Shown in pieces: positions 26,967-41,198 of a stretch of 64,000 nucleotides of DNA. A model generated the notes under the pieces. That model was not told the origin of the DNA, did no database searches, and was given only the letters and a program-made list of their open reading frames with translations. The position numbers and the translations under genes are program-made. The number at the start of each line of letters is the position of its first letter. The stretch's first letter is position 1. This DNA is from Bugula neritina (Eukaryota; Animalia; Bryozoa): positions 11,790,698 through 11,854,697 of the forward strand of contig OZ037765.1 of NCBI GenBank assembly GCA_964035545.1. Direction: 5' to 3'.

Positions 26967-29900
26967 TCATAAGATGTATATTACAGAGCTCTGTTCGCAG
27001 GACTTCAGTATAATAATATTATTGTAGTATTATTGTACATCTATTCATGTGCGCATTTGCTCTTTACAAATTACATATCCACTATAATATACGACTGATT
27101 AAAAATTGTGTTGTTTCTTAACATTTATACTGCCTCTTAACACACACACCACGCACACAAACCATATATGTATGCTATATTATATGTATATGTAAAAAAC
27201 TGTTTTGTTAATAAAATAGATCTGTGCTAGTTGCATGTAATTTAAATATTTCCGAACTTTTATTAGCAAGAATATATTATTATAAATATAGTAAAGGTAA
27301 TGCAGGTTGACATATTCCAGTGTAACAGCAGCTTTAGTATAGTCACTCAAGTATTAGTCTATCCTTAATGTCCTGGTATAGAAGTAAGAAATAAACACAC
27401 TCTCGATACAGTCAGTTCACTTGGGGACACCAACACTGCACTATGATGGCAAATAATCCAACCTAAAAGGGTGGTGGTTGGCAGCTGTTATAATTTGAAA
27501 GAGAACTCAGATAAAGTTCCACTCCTTGATCCGATGTCTCTAAAGAAAAACTGCTCCGTCTATAAACAGTCGGTAGATAGACTGACAGTCTATAGATTAG
27601 CTCAGCACTTCTCTCTAGTCTATATTGTAGACTAAAAAGAAAAACAGATGGAAGTATATAATCTAGATGACAATAAAATGCAGAAGTTTCTGAGATGACC
27701 TGTATGTATCCTCCCGGACTCGACACTACTCATATAACAGACTCTACTATAGATGGTAAGCGAGTAGATATAAAGTAGAGAACACAACTCTTTCTCTAAT
27801 GTGGGAATTTTGCTACTAACTAGTACTTCTTTTGATCCAATATCCGAACTTATTCACCTCTCTACACTGGAAAGATCCCTCCTCGTCTTCAATATCATTT
27901 GATGGTAAATAAATAACTCGTTTATTGTAGAAAGTTTAGTTATTTATTAAGACATCGTGTTACAATTGATTTTAATAATAAGCTGTAAACAACTTCCAGC
28001 CGTAGGCTTTATTATGATGCTGCTAGTAAGTGCTTGGTCCTGAGGCTAATTTACAATAAATAGTGTTTGATGGAAGCGTTTACAGTAAGTTCAGAGATGC
28101 TCAATCTAACAGCCATACAGACTGCCAGCTACCTAGTGCTGCTATTGTTTTGCTCATTTATATATAATAAGTTAAAGATTAATATGATTTGATATTTTTT
28201 ACTGCCGATACTGATCCTGTTGTAATTTGATGATGGCTGGTCCGGCAGTGGCTGTGATTGGTTCTTATCAAACATTTAATATGTGATAATAACAATGTCC
28301 CCATGCTTTGCTTTATGCGAATATTACATACCATAGAGTCCATTTGAAGCATGGGGACATAGTGAATGTAGGAGTATATGTTATATTATGTAATTATTGA
28401 TTATTATAGTATAGCTGAGTTTCTATGTTGAGTTTTTTCTCTCCATGTAGTCATTTATTATGAAGTGAACAGTAGAGCAGCTCAGTGAATTGTTCAATAC
28501 TGACTGGTACAACTTTATTATGATCAACGTAGTTTGCTTAATTCCATCTTTGAAAGAAGTCTTTCTGAGTGATAAGTATGTTTGATATATTTTGTTATAG
28601 CGCAGCTGCAAATAATATAATATTAAACATATTTCAGAGACTAAAATTTATTATAGACTACTAGAAAGTAGAAACTGCATGTAGTTGTGATATGTCACTG
28701 TAATCTTTCAGTTTGTCTCAAGATGCTACAATATGGTGCCATTTTATTTGCAGGTGAACTGATGGTAACAATTCCAGAGCAAGTGTTGGTGTGAGTGGCT
28801 CAGTGTGGGACATTGCTGTGTATAACAGAGACAAATTCGCTGGATGATTAGTAAAATATGCTCAGTCTTGGAAACCACGTGGTTTCAACCCGCAAAGCCC
28901 ATGATTGCATAGCCACATGCTATTGTTGCGTATTGGTCAATAAAAAGTAACCAATCAGATTCTGTGTTTAGAATTATATGAATTATATAATCTAATAAAT
29001 TGGAAAATCAACTGATTTAGAATTATCTCCTGTAGCATTGCATACAGTATTTGTAGACATGTCAGTTTTTAAACTGAGACCCCCAACCAATGCACTTGGC
29101 GGCCACCAACTTGAGGCTGCTGCAAGCGATTTTCTTGTTTAAAGTTATGAAGGTCTTATGATATGTGAGCAGTGGTACAAGTTGTGGGGTGTACCATCCC
29201 CTTTTTGCTTAAGACGCTTTATTAATATTTTGAAGGGACAAATTCTCAGCTAGAACACATACAAACTAAAGCTTTCTTGTTGATATACCTTAGCTAGCTT
29301 TTTTAATGGCTTATAGGCTTCAATGTTTTGATGTAATAACGGCTTCAATGTTTTTGCTTTATAACTCTACTTATGATTGAGTTTGAATGAAAATAGACTG
29401 TAATTCTGTGATTTTGGACTGTAATAAAACTTTGTACTTGGTATGCATACACTATACTTCATTAACCACAGCAACTAGTATACACACGTAGCATTATTTA
29501 TGAACAGGAGATTTGCAGAAGTGTTGCTTTACTGACTTTAATCAAAAGCTTGCAGACTACTGCATTATAGTACAGTTCTTTATGTTGTAAATGTCACGAG
29601 TGAACCAAATATGAGCAGACACAAATGGCTAGTGATGGTAAATAACACCTAGGCTAGATATTTTATTAGTACACTTTAAAACAAAAATATAACAGAACTG
29701 AAGTTAGAGAAATAATGATAAACAACATTAATAAAATTAGGTTTCAAACTTCAACAAATCTGACAAGGTTCCTTAAGCAGCCAAGGTTAATAACAACATT
29801 CATACCGACTAGAGGTTAAGGATTTTATAATGGCTTAAAACTACTGCCTTAAACTTATAGGTATATCAACTGATACAACAAAAGTATATTTACCATAAGT

Positions 29901-30643
29901 TACTGAAAATAAAAACATGTTAGAGTATTACTAATGCAGTATGGTATCTTATTTGAAATAACATTCCATGCTGCCAGTCAAAAAACATAGCAATATTACA
30001 TAACCACAACCAAATTAACATTATAGCACAAAACAGCATATTATATGGTATCTTATAAATAACAACTATAAGTATTTTACCATACCAAGCTTTTGAAAAT
30101 GCAGTTTATTAAAAAACATATTACAATATAAAAGATTAAGTTTTTGGGTATGAGTTAAAATATGGTATAATCAGATTTTACTCAGCAGATAATTTCATTT
30201 TATAGCCGAAAGTTTGATCCTTTAAATAAAATTCATTATGCTTTTTTTAGATGTCATGTTAAAATTTTAATAAGTTATAACTAGTCTACAATACTAAATT
30301 AATATTAAATTTATATTTTAACCAATTAAAAAAATAAAAAGACAACAAATGTACATAATATATACAATAACTAATATTTCAATGAGATCATAAAGATTGA
30401 AAAAAACTATAAAACTACATGGAAAATTTGGAAAAAAAACTTGGTTTAGCAAAACTTTGTGTAGATAAAAAACACTAGGACTACAGTTGCAATTAAAACC
30501 ATGGTAGTGAACTCACATGTTGAGTGTGAGAACAGTAGGCCAGTAAGCCCTCTTACTAACTCAACTGCGCTCTTACTGCCTCATGTTTTCACATCTGCAT
30601 TACATTAGGTTTAAAAATTTGAGACAAAACTGCCAATCAATAG

Positions 30644-33600
30644 TTAGTTATCATCACAGCACAATGGTAGTTCCTCATTGGGCCTTAATTGGGACTGGTG
30701 ATATGGTCTTCTCTGTGAAAAGTCAAGGTTGTTATCATTAAGTTGTGCAGGTGCAGTAGTAAGTAAGGGACTGTGCTGAGACACTATCACCTGGTAGGGT
30801 TGCCTGCTAGTAGGATGTCTACAAAAGTAATTAAGTATCACACATTCCAGGCAAAGTTGCATCAAACACAAAGCTAAACACCCTACATTACATTTTACAT
30901 ATCTTTTGATACAAAAGTACAATTGACAACTTATTATCATACAAAAAATTAAGAAGTCTAGTTAAACCACACCCGATTATACAAATCCAACTACAGTATG
31001 CATATTTAGACATTTGCTTTTATTAAAAATGAATCACCAAAAAAGCCCTAACCTGAGTTACAACATTACAATAAATGTCTGTCAGAGGTTAAAAGTATTT
31101 AAATTGTTCCTCCAAGTCCAACTGTGAAAGAATGAAAAACCATATAACAATTTCAAGTCTCCAGTTTTGAAACGTATTGGCACAGCTCAACACGTGGCAG
31201 AACAACTCTTGACAATGTAAGTTGACTTAGGAAAAGATTTATTCAGTTTAAATCTTTTGCAAGTCATTTTAACAATAAATTAGACCATTGAAAATTTTGG
31301 ACAAATTTACTAAACAGCAAAATAATGCATAATATAGAGCTAGGTTGCAACAGCTGCGTTAGTTACCATGTAGATTCTGCGTGAAAACCCATTGTTTAAA
31401 AGATTATCACTGTTGGTTAGAGCAGACTAGTTACTTGAATTTCTAAATAAATGATAGCAGAATACACTGCTAGTTCCACAATAGTATATACTCATTAAAT
31501 TTATATAATATTAATTTAACAATACAGACTACCTTAGAGCTATAAATAGTTCATTAACTTTTAAAGTCAGCTAAATTTAAATTGGCAGCAATCATCAGAA
31601 CCAAAATGATAAGAGTTTTATGGCTTAATGCTATGGTATAGACTATAGAGTGTAAAGCAGCATTAAAATAATGAAATACTGCTTACCTAATATAAAGTAT
31701 AAGCACATCATTAATTAATGATACACTGCAGAAAATCAAAACACACAAAATTATAACTGCTTAATATTTTACTTACTTTTTACCAAAGCAACTCCGAATC
31801 CAATAGATTAGACTGAATTGGGCAATACCTAAAACATACATTGTGCATAGTGCACATAGAAACCAGGCAGTAATAAGAGAATTGTCTATCATTATATGCA
31901 GTTTATGGTAGCTCACCTCTTCAAAATGTATGCCATCCAAAATTAGATTAATAACGATGAAACAATTCCCAACACCAACTTAGGTACAATATAACAAACT
32001 CATCAAAGTTACAGAATAATAAAGTCATTAAAATATGGTAAAGCTTCGCCTTACCTGGTGCTGCACCAGGGATTGTGTACACCAGGTATCCATATAGTAA
32101 AGCCAAAGCTATAAGCGAGACAATGGCATACAACCATTGCGTAGCAAACATGATTGCTAACGTCCCTACAGCCTACAAACAGCAGGAAGAAGCATTTGTT
32201 AACTGTTACAGGACACAGCTTATATACCTGAAAATTATTGTTGAAGTTATGATTATGAATTCCAATTTTAAAGCAAAGATCAACTAAAGATCTGTTCAAA
32301 ATGTAGCAGAATATAAAAAATTTATTAGGCACATACTACATAAAAAATTTTCACAAAAGACACACACCCCTAAAAGAGAGAACCAGCGGTTACAAAACCG
32401 TGAATACCAAGAAGGCTCCATTCTGTAGATTTCATGTTGACTTTCTGGCAGTTCATTGTGAGACTCTAAAAGAGTACATTGGTAAAATATTATACACACT
32501 TACGGCTCAGATATATTTCCATTACATAACTTAACTACCAGACCCACAAAGCCTTTGCAACCCATGAAAATAGCCAGTTATTAACAAGCGTAGTAACGGT
32601 TAAAACAGATAGTGGTGTCTATATCCCAAATTCAACATAAACGTACATCCATACTTATCTAATGTGGTATCCACCATGTTGCTCTTCCCTATTGAGTGAA
32701 GAAATCCTGTTAGCATTTTATTATGCAAAGCCGAGTTTAATATAAGGTTAACCAGTCAACTACTAATAGAATGGAGCACTACACCACTTATTATTAGTTA
32801 GAATATGACATTATGGTGAAATATCTCATCTTTAGTCAATGAGAGTTGGAGATGGTTTGATTTGTAACTTAATTTATCTTTATCATTGAGGTTTCATAAA
32901 AATGATTAACTAAACCAATAAACTTATTTCCTTAAATCATATCACTTTGAATGCTATTAAAAAACCTTTACCGCCATAAACTAGTTAATCAATCATCACA
33001 TACATTTGTAGATATGTAAGAGTCATTACCGGCCACATTGATGGGCAAATGCAAAAACTCAGTGTAATTTTGGCATTAAAATTATGGCCAAAATATATTA
33101 CAATAATCCAAAACCCAAACCAAAAGTGTACACACAGTTTATGTTTTAGAAGCAAGCTTGAGTAAGCAGTAAGTACACCATGTTAAGCTTTCTAGTTGAT
33201 GTACCTGCAATGTCTGAGCTGGAGCCATTTTCTTTCTTTTCCCCAGGCAATAGATGACCAGCCTCCATTGACTTGCTTAATTTTCGTTCAGGAAACAGAT
33301 GATCCAGATCGTCATCGGTATCTTCATGGGTGTCTTGGAACCTGAATAAATGAATCGAGTGGACACAACTTTAAATTACACTATAATATTTGCATTAATT
33401 TATTTTGGAGGTGAATTTCAAACAATAAATAGGGATGCTTTATAAGGAATGATCAATGATAGTAACAACTGTATGGTCAATTTAGACTTGCAGTTAATTA
33501 ATAATACAATGAAAAGTCTCATAATTACGCTTAACATACTATTGATTTTTAGTAGTGAAGAAACTAAAATAATTGTTTTCTAATCTACTCCCTTCAGCAC

Positions 33601-36600
33601 TAGCTAAATATAAAAATTGCTATTGATGAATAATCTGAAATGCATGATGAGAACTTGCAAGGATCAAGGCTTAGTTTACTTTGTGGTGTCAGCTGTTTCC
33701 TCCAGGCTGCCATAGCTATTCAACTCCTTGTGGGATTCCTTGTTGATATTCTGAGAATTAGGCTGAATTTCACCTGATGTGCTATTGTTTGCAGAAGCAG
33801 AGGCTTTGATATCAGCAGTCATGGCCAATGAGAAGTAAGCGTAGTCTACAGCTATGTACGTAATGAGGAACGGCATGGTAACTATCGGCGCCAGGAAGTT
33901 AACATCACCAACACAAATGAAGAGCAAAGAGGTGAGAGCCACTACGGTTAGCGATATGACTGGCACTTTGTTTGCTCCTTTCTACATTGAAATAGAGAAT
34001 ATATGTCAACGAAATGTATATAATCGAAAACCTGGGTAAGTCATATAATAGTGCATGAATTTTGATAAATTAACACCTATGGCACAGTATTTCAAGATAC
34101 CAATTCTTCAATATATTTTAATAATGGTAAGTAGAATAAAACAGTAGGAACAAGAAAAGGCAGTGTTAAATCACTTTGAAACAATTCAATACTATTCACA
34201 TTAGGTATACAGATGTTTTATGGAAATAAATTGGCAAGATTTTAGGGGAGATAACTTACACCCATGCCAAGGTAAGAGAGAGGACGAGGGAAATTGTTAT
34301 TTGTTGCTATAGACTGCAGAATGCGAGGAGCGCCATACAGACCTCCCATACAGGATGTTATAGAGGAGACGTACAGCCCGATAAGCCATAGAGCACCCAA
34401 TGCAGATACCTATTCAACAAGTAACTATGTGATGTAAACAATTTATATTTCCATAACTGATCCTTCACATGTTTCATGTGATATACAGAGAAATATTATA
34501 TTTAATGTCGGGAACTTTTTACTCCGCTTAAAATTTATTTCAATGAGAACAATCTACAAGAACTATGTAATTCTTGTCTTATTTCATTTTCAAATGAGTT
34601 TAATTTTAAAAAGTTATATTTTAATTATAAAAAAACATTTAAAAGTTTCAAAATCTCACCTTTTCTGAAATCATAAAGTCTGACAACAAGGCCCATCTCT
34701 CTACTATAGCACCAAGGACGAACACAAATATCACATAGAATGTACCACTAAAAAAAATGTAGTACATTAACATCAGTACATAAACTAAGAGAAGCTATGC
34801 TTCGAAAAATTAAATATAACAAAAATATAATGTTTGTAATAAAATGCCCTGTTGTAAAAAAACCCAGAGTGAGGACTTAAAGTCTATAAGTGGTTCAGTT
34901 CATATCAATGCGTAGGGGCCTAATAGTGAAGTTTAGACTACAGCATATTTCTTGACTTTAGCAATGCCCCCTATGTTTACTGCAGGGTATAAGAAGACGA
35001 CACTATAGTGTCGTCTTCTTATACCCCTCAGTGCACATTGGGCCATAGCTAAAGATACTGAAGTGTCTTTGCATGAACCTGATACTTTACAGGGCAGCAA
35101 CAAAAAATCATTTTGAGTTACAAAATGGCGGTGAATTAGCCACAAGAGACAAATTTTTAGAAAAATTCTAATAAGATAGTTACAATTTGGTATGTGGAAT
35201 GGAGTTTTTATGTTATTAATGAACATTAACGACATAAAAACATAACTAATAAGTATCAATTGTAGCAATATCACCAAGTACATCAAACCTATTTTTCACA
35301 CTAAAAATTAAATTTGCATGGCTATGAACAGATTCAGGTATAGCATTAACATCTTATGATGTGTAAATGAAATACCTATATTGGTGTTTTAACACCGTAA
35401 CAAACTAGTCTTGTTACGTTTGGTTGTTGGAATGTAGGATTATTAAGGAGTAACCTTAGTGCAGTGGCTGAGATAGTTCCTATAGCTATAGCTTTACGGG
35501 GGTTCCGAAGATCTCCAGACATGTTTATTCCAGATAGAACTCCACACGCTGTAGGAAAGAAAACTCCAAACACCGTGAAGAAGCTTTCTCCATTGCTGTA
35601 CTGCGGTGAAGTATTGTTTTTAAGTAGAGCAGTAGAATAACCTAGAACTCCGTCCACTGAAAAGAACAAATAACATCAAACAAAATTATATATCGCTCTG
35701 AGCTGTATATGCTTTAGGTACAAAAAATTGACAAGTATTGGGAACATTAAAGCTCACAGCAGCAATTATTGACTGAATAAAATAACTGTAAATAAGAGTG
35801 TGATACCAGCAAACCCAGTACTATTTCTATAGCACTAGCTACTTGAGAGGAAAGTGGATATGATCAATAAATCAACGCACAGTTATGATTATATAATGAG
35901 CATTAGAAGAGTTGATGACCTCATATATACAGAATAAAGTGTAGCAAGTAGCAGTAGCTGAACATACCACCATTATGAGGCATAAATGATCCAACTATAA
36001 AGTCCACAGCAGCTACCATTATTGTAAACAACAACACTAGCTGAAGTCTGATCACCCACTTCACACCAGCCAAATTGATGCCTGCAGAATATATAGTGTA
36101 TATTGGATAATATGTAGTGTATGTATTATCCTTTATAGCATGTCCATGCTATAAAAGATGATGCATACACAGTAAAACACTGCCTAAGATAATTGCAATA
36201 CATCTAAGTTGGTGCACATTACACACAGCTTTTGCTGTGGTAAGATATTTATTGTTAAATGCTGAATCAGTATGTTTCTGTGCACACAAGCTGTACATTG
36301 TACACTGTACATTATTTTACGGTCTCCAGGTACTTATATAGAAGAGTAATAACTCACCAGTGAGTAGAACAAGAGCTGCAATAGCAAACCCTCGAGCAAC
36401 CCATGGATTGGAAGTCGTTTGGAGAAGGTTGGAAATAGATTCTCCAAAACCCACTGTGTAGAGAGAACAGGAAACGGACTGCAAAATATTAGGATGTAAA
36501 AATCTCAACATGATTGTAGAAACCATGACTAGTGCTCAGTGCACTTCTAATCGACCAAACAATAACTAACAGTTTCACTTATCCATAAGTAGTAACCAGT

Positions 36601-37983
36601 TGTTTGAAAGTAGCAAATAATATGTAGACTAGTATTGCAAAATCATGAGAGATCATTGGCATGGCGAACAACTCATTGCCTAAAAATTCTCTCCACTGAG
36701 CAGTCTAAGAGTATTGTTACTATGAACTGTACAAGTGCACATCTTATAGTAAGCGGATAGTCAAATGAGCTGTATGTAAAGTTCTTATAACAATGTCTTT
36801 CTTTGTTTCAAAGCCAATGACGTCTATTGTATATTTCCATTTACCTGTCCAAAACAATAGAGAATACCGACAGCAACAGCGAGCTGTCCTCCCAGGACGT
36901 GATTGAGAAGGAAGTACACTCCGCCACTCTCCACTTTACATCTCTCACAGATCCCGATGCTGCTCATAGCGCCAATGGTAGCAACTAGCAGAGTGATGAA
37001 AATGATGAGTATTGACAATCCAACCCCTGCATTGCCCTGTGAAATCAAACATGCATGTATACCATACGAATGTGGCCACATATATTTTTAGACAATATAT
37101 AAAGTCTGTGCGTATTTTGAGCAGTTAAATCATACGTAAAAGTAGTTCCCAGGTGGCTCAGTGGTAAACGTCATGACGGAAAAGAAGTATTAGCTATAGT
37201 TTATGCTTTAAACAGGCTAACAATAAGTAAAAGTAGTTTGTACAGATTCACTTTAACTACACACCATTGTAGAATGGTGTCTAGCAATATACAGGTTGCG
37301 AGGAAATTAATTGCCACATGTCACACATGCCACACTCAAAAATGTTGTAATAGTACAGAACAAGTGTATAGCATGCATTAAAATTGCACTACTTTAGGTA
37401 TCATTATACTTACCACCATCCAGCCTGTCCTTAAGAATATTATAATACCAAAAATATTCAACATGCAGCTTGTAAACACACCATCCCATGCCCCAAACAG
37501 CACTCGTTCCGATAGGAAAAAATTTGCCTTCCACCATGGTTTGGATAATGTAGATTTCTGAAAAGAAATTAATACTGATTCGAGTTCAAATCTTTGTAAG
37601 GACTTTGCGCAGTAAGCAATGCTGGCAACATATGACATGTGAGCAAATATGACCGGATGCCATACCTAACATCGTTAATGACCACTTTTGACTAAGTTTG
37701 AAGTTTGATCCATTAACCCAAATAATGAGTGTCATGTTAGACTAACACTTATCGTCACTGGACTACGTCTATTCCAAATTAAAAACTTATTATTTTACAT
37801 TTTTTTGCTAATAGAACTTATCAGTATTGTAATAACTATAACTACCTGCTCTTCATAAAACAGCTCATTCTCATCACTATCAGTATCTTCAAGAATGTCA
37901 TCAGCATCTGAGAGTTTAGATGGCTGCTGCAGTTGCAGACCATATCGTTCCCAATCTGGTTCAGCATGCTTGCTTTCAGTCAT
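30644..37983 (-). CDS. SLC12A8: Solute carrier family 12 member 8 (CCC9)
   Basis: About 15 exons: 37983-37846, 37557-37414, 37036-36845, 36478-36358, 36081-35968, 35656-35455, 34747-34660, 34409-34260, 33981-33680, then approximately 33341-33204, 32459-32365, 32172-32055, 31829-31777, 31442-31367, 30818-30644. Diagnostic [61 protein letters not shown] and C-terminal RRPYHQS. Confidence 0.93.
34956..35054. repeat. Palindrome with a 42-bp perfect core (34985-35026) in an SLC12A8 intron
   Basis: gggtataagaagacgacacta|tagtgtcgtcttcttataccc with no spacer; imperfect arms extend to ctttagc...gctaaag. Confidence 0.92.
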
Positions 37984-38669
37984 AATTTATAAACAGTAGA
38001 GAGTCTCAAGCCACGACATGTTTCATTGGAATTTGAAGGTGAGTAAAACAGCTTGTTCAACTACGCTAAAAATCAATAATCGCTTATAATTAATAACTTA
38101 TATGACATCTGCTACATCACTCGAGATATATGGTTCTTTTTAGTAGCTGCCAGTTTTCTCAACTGTTACAATGTTATTAGTGATAGATGAACCGTTGACA
38201 ACAAAATATAGGGAGATTTGACATTAACAGAATAAAAAGAACACGAGGTATAAAAAATAAAGTGATGCTGTTCATTGATACAAACTCATTAATGTCATGG
38301 ACCAGCAGAAATAAGTACAACTCAACGTGCACTTTACTATACCTGAACACAGATGCCGCAAATGTGTGCACAATAGCTATAAAGCAAAATTCCACCGCCA
38401 CACTCGGTTGTAATTGATATAAAAGGTAAGATTTTATGTCAACATATTGGCCTCAGAGTGTATCATAAAAAACATTTTTACATTTTATGCAACTTTCCAT
38501 TTTCGTTATAATGGTAGTTCGCCTAATAGTAGATCTGAAACCTAAATTCAGAATGCTAAACTTAGAATTGCAAATGTTAAGTTGGTAGTTGAGCTATGTT
38601 CATGAGCATTTCATTTCACAGGCTGCTACTTTTTACACCAAAAATATCAGCTAGCGGAGTAAGAAAGGA

Positions 38670-38790
38670 GTAAAAACATTCAGTCATAATTGCTCCTGTG
38701 CCACAGCAAAAACAAGTCCTTAGCTTAAAAAAGTTTGAAAAACCCTACCATCAGGGCTCCTCAAAGGGATAAAGACTTAGAAAACCAACT
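38670..38790 (+). mobile_element. 5'-truncated, diverged SINE (copy 3)
   Basis: cagtcataattgctcctgtgcc ... aagtccttagc ... aaaaccct.ccatcaggg ... gggat aligns with the 3' half of the SINE at 58450-58632. Confidence 0.6.
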
Positions 38791-38989
38791 ACAGCTTTTA
38801 TCAGCTCCAACCAACGTCCAATTCAATTTGAACAAAAACTGAAATTTTGCACCTTCCAGTTACTCTACACGAATCCTGCAAACTCTAGGACATAGAGTAG
38901 ACAGCAGTCTATTAATTATAGTCATAGTGCAACATTTTAGCATGTAAATTTGGGAATATCCAGTTGATGTAACCTAATTGAATTATAAT

Positions 38990-39960
38990 CTGACATATAA
39001 CGATGACCATAACATTATGATTATAATAATTATTGACATAGAATTAAGTACAGTTAGTTAGAGTATAGTAATAGTGCCAGTATAGTGCTTTGAGCAATCA
39101 TTAATGAATATGAAATCACATAGTGATTGTACCTGTGACTGTTGATTATGTACTCATGTAGTTATAATCAAAATAGCCATTGCCATAGGCTATGGTAATG
39201 GCTAAGGCTAATAGTTGTGAGTGACTCTTATTTGAACGCATACCTCAAACTGTCAAAGTCAATGGCAGTGCTACGTCTAGTATTAGAACTATGAGTATGT
39301 TATGGAGAAGTGAAACGCTCTAATTTATAGAATCTATTGCTATCCATAAGCCTAGACTTAGAGTCCAGGTGAAAATGTCTTAGTTGTAATACTAATTGTG
39401 AAACTGAAACAGTGGATTATCTGTCTTAACAGTCTTATCAACACCATTAGTGGTTATTCTTAGACCTAGAAATAATATTGCTAATGGTAATATTTATATT
39501 GGACTATACAATAGCAATTACTTGCAGACCAGGACTTAGACTGTCACTGACACTACAGTTATGAGTTATTTACTTTTACTCAACTTTTAGTAGTTATACT
39601 AATACTTATAGTTAAGCCTTAAAGTTAAAGTTATGCTTTTACTATTACATTGCCATTTACAATTACTGATTTAGTTTTACCATCAGCATTAATATTAATA
39701 AATAAGCATAGTGCTACTCATACTCAGAGTCAGTCTCAGGGCGTACCGCATAACATTAACACTAACACTAACAGTAACAGAAATAAGTGATAACTGATAA
39801 GTCATAAGACTTAGACTAACTCTAAGTCATTAGATTTAGTAATAACTATAAATATAATCATAATGATAATGTTCATCATTATGTATTGCTAGAACTAGAA
39901 GTGTAGCAACCACAGAAGTAATACTTACTTATAGTGAACTTTATATACACATACTAACTC
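38990..39960. repeat. Degenerate 6-bp-periodic tract (inferred SLC12A8 first intron)
   Basis: tagttatactaatacttatagtt, ttaaagttaaagtt, ctcatactcagagtcagtc, aacattaacactaacactaacagtaacag. Follows a minus-strand GTAAGT at 39976-39971. Confidence 0.6.
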
Positions 39961-40371
39961 CTAGTCTAGCACTTACAGTAAAAATAAAGCTATAACTACT
40001 AAATCTTATGCACATGGTGATGTTGTGTCAGAAAATTTTTAACCACTCGGATGCAGCGTTAAAATTAATACATACAACGCAATGAAGTCATTTGAATACT
40101 TGAAAGAGGAGACAACTTTACCACAATAGTCTCTATTCATGAGAACTTGTGATAAGTGGCGTTTTGCTATCGGTACGATCCGGTACGGCGTACCGCTTGA
40201 CAAAAATGAACTGAAAATGAAAAAAGTGGGATTTTCAATTGTCTAATAAGGAATTTCCACAAAATTATAGCCGATTGTTATAGAATATACAGCGATTGAA
40301 AGTCCAACAGGTACCTATCGCATAAAATATTCAGGCAGCTAATTTTGGTTTATTCTAACTATTTAGAACTG

Positions 40372-40533
40372 TTTTATGAGCAGCTCCGAGTTGGGGTGAC
40401 TAAGTGCGGTAGTTCGGAATCCTCAGGTTTTAAATTGAAACCAATGAATTAAATATGAAACCCCCCTACCATACACTCGAAAATTCTAAACTATTGCACT
40501 CAGTCACTCTCAACTCGGAGCTGCTTGTAGAAT
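40372..40533. mobile_element. MITE-like inverted repeat (arms about 55 bp) upstream of SLC12A8
   Basis: agcagctccgagttggggtgactaagtgcggtagtt ... aactattgcactcagtcactctcaactcggagctgct. Confidence 0.75.
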
Positions 40534-41198
40534 ACATTTACTATTCGCGTTCTAGCTTGTTGCCAGTTCATGCTTTTGGTCTAACTCGTTACTGTTCTAC
40601 ATAAATTAAAGTATTTTTCAAATTTCATTATGAGTAAGCCTATTGCAAATAATTAGTTGAATCTTATTGATATGTTTCGTAATAAAGGGTAGGATTTAAA
40701 ATTTTCAGTCTGACATAAAAATTAAAATAGCTGACAGTGACACTTATAATGATTGTCACTTCATGATAAAATGACAGTCACTGTCAGCTAGTAGTAGTTG
40801 TCACCAATAGTAATTACCTAAGCCTAAAAGTAAAGGTACAAGCAAAATTTTTACACCAACAGTACAGGTACTACTACGGCTGCTGCTGCCGTCACCACCA
40901 TTCATTCAATCATTGTCAGAACCGAATGAACACAAGTAGTTCAAGTATGTTGCTTGTGTTACATGCATAATGCATTTTAAACTTTTAAAACAGTGTTTGA
41001 AATTTGAACTATGCCAGATAGATGGATGATAAAATTGTTTCTCAATTTATACATACTAAGTATTACTATTACTATTAGTACTCACTCTGTGTCGATAGAA
41101 CATTTAGATATCACAAAAATGTTTAAGTTAAATGCCTCGTTTATAACAGTGTGTTACAGTGGGTAGGCAATGAATCAGCATATCACTGATTTTTTTAA

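Noticed and set aside
27463-28611. Short minus-strand ORFs between C16orf87 and SLC12A8
   Set aside because: No recognisable homology or consistent exon chain.
34998-35008. GACACTATAG resembling the SP6 promoter core
   Set aside because: Only a 10-nt match, explained as the centre of a genomic palindrome; no vector context.
37146-37175. tRNA-like GGTGGCTCAGTGGTAAA (similar fragments near 14930 and 28795)
   Set aside because: No complete cloverleaf; at best SINE remnants, not tRNA genes.
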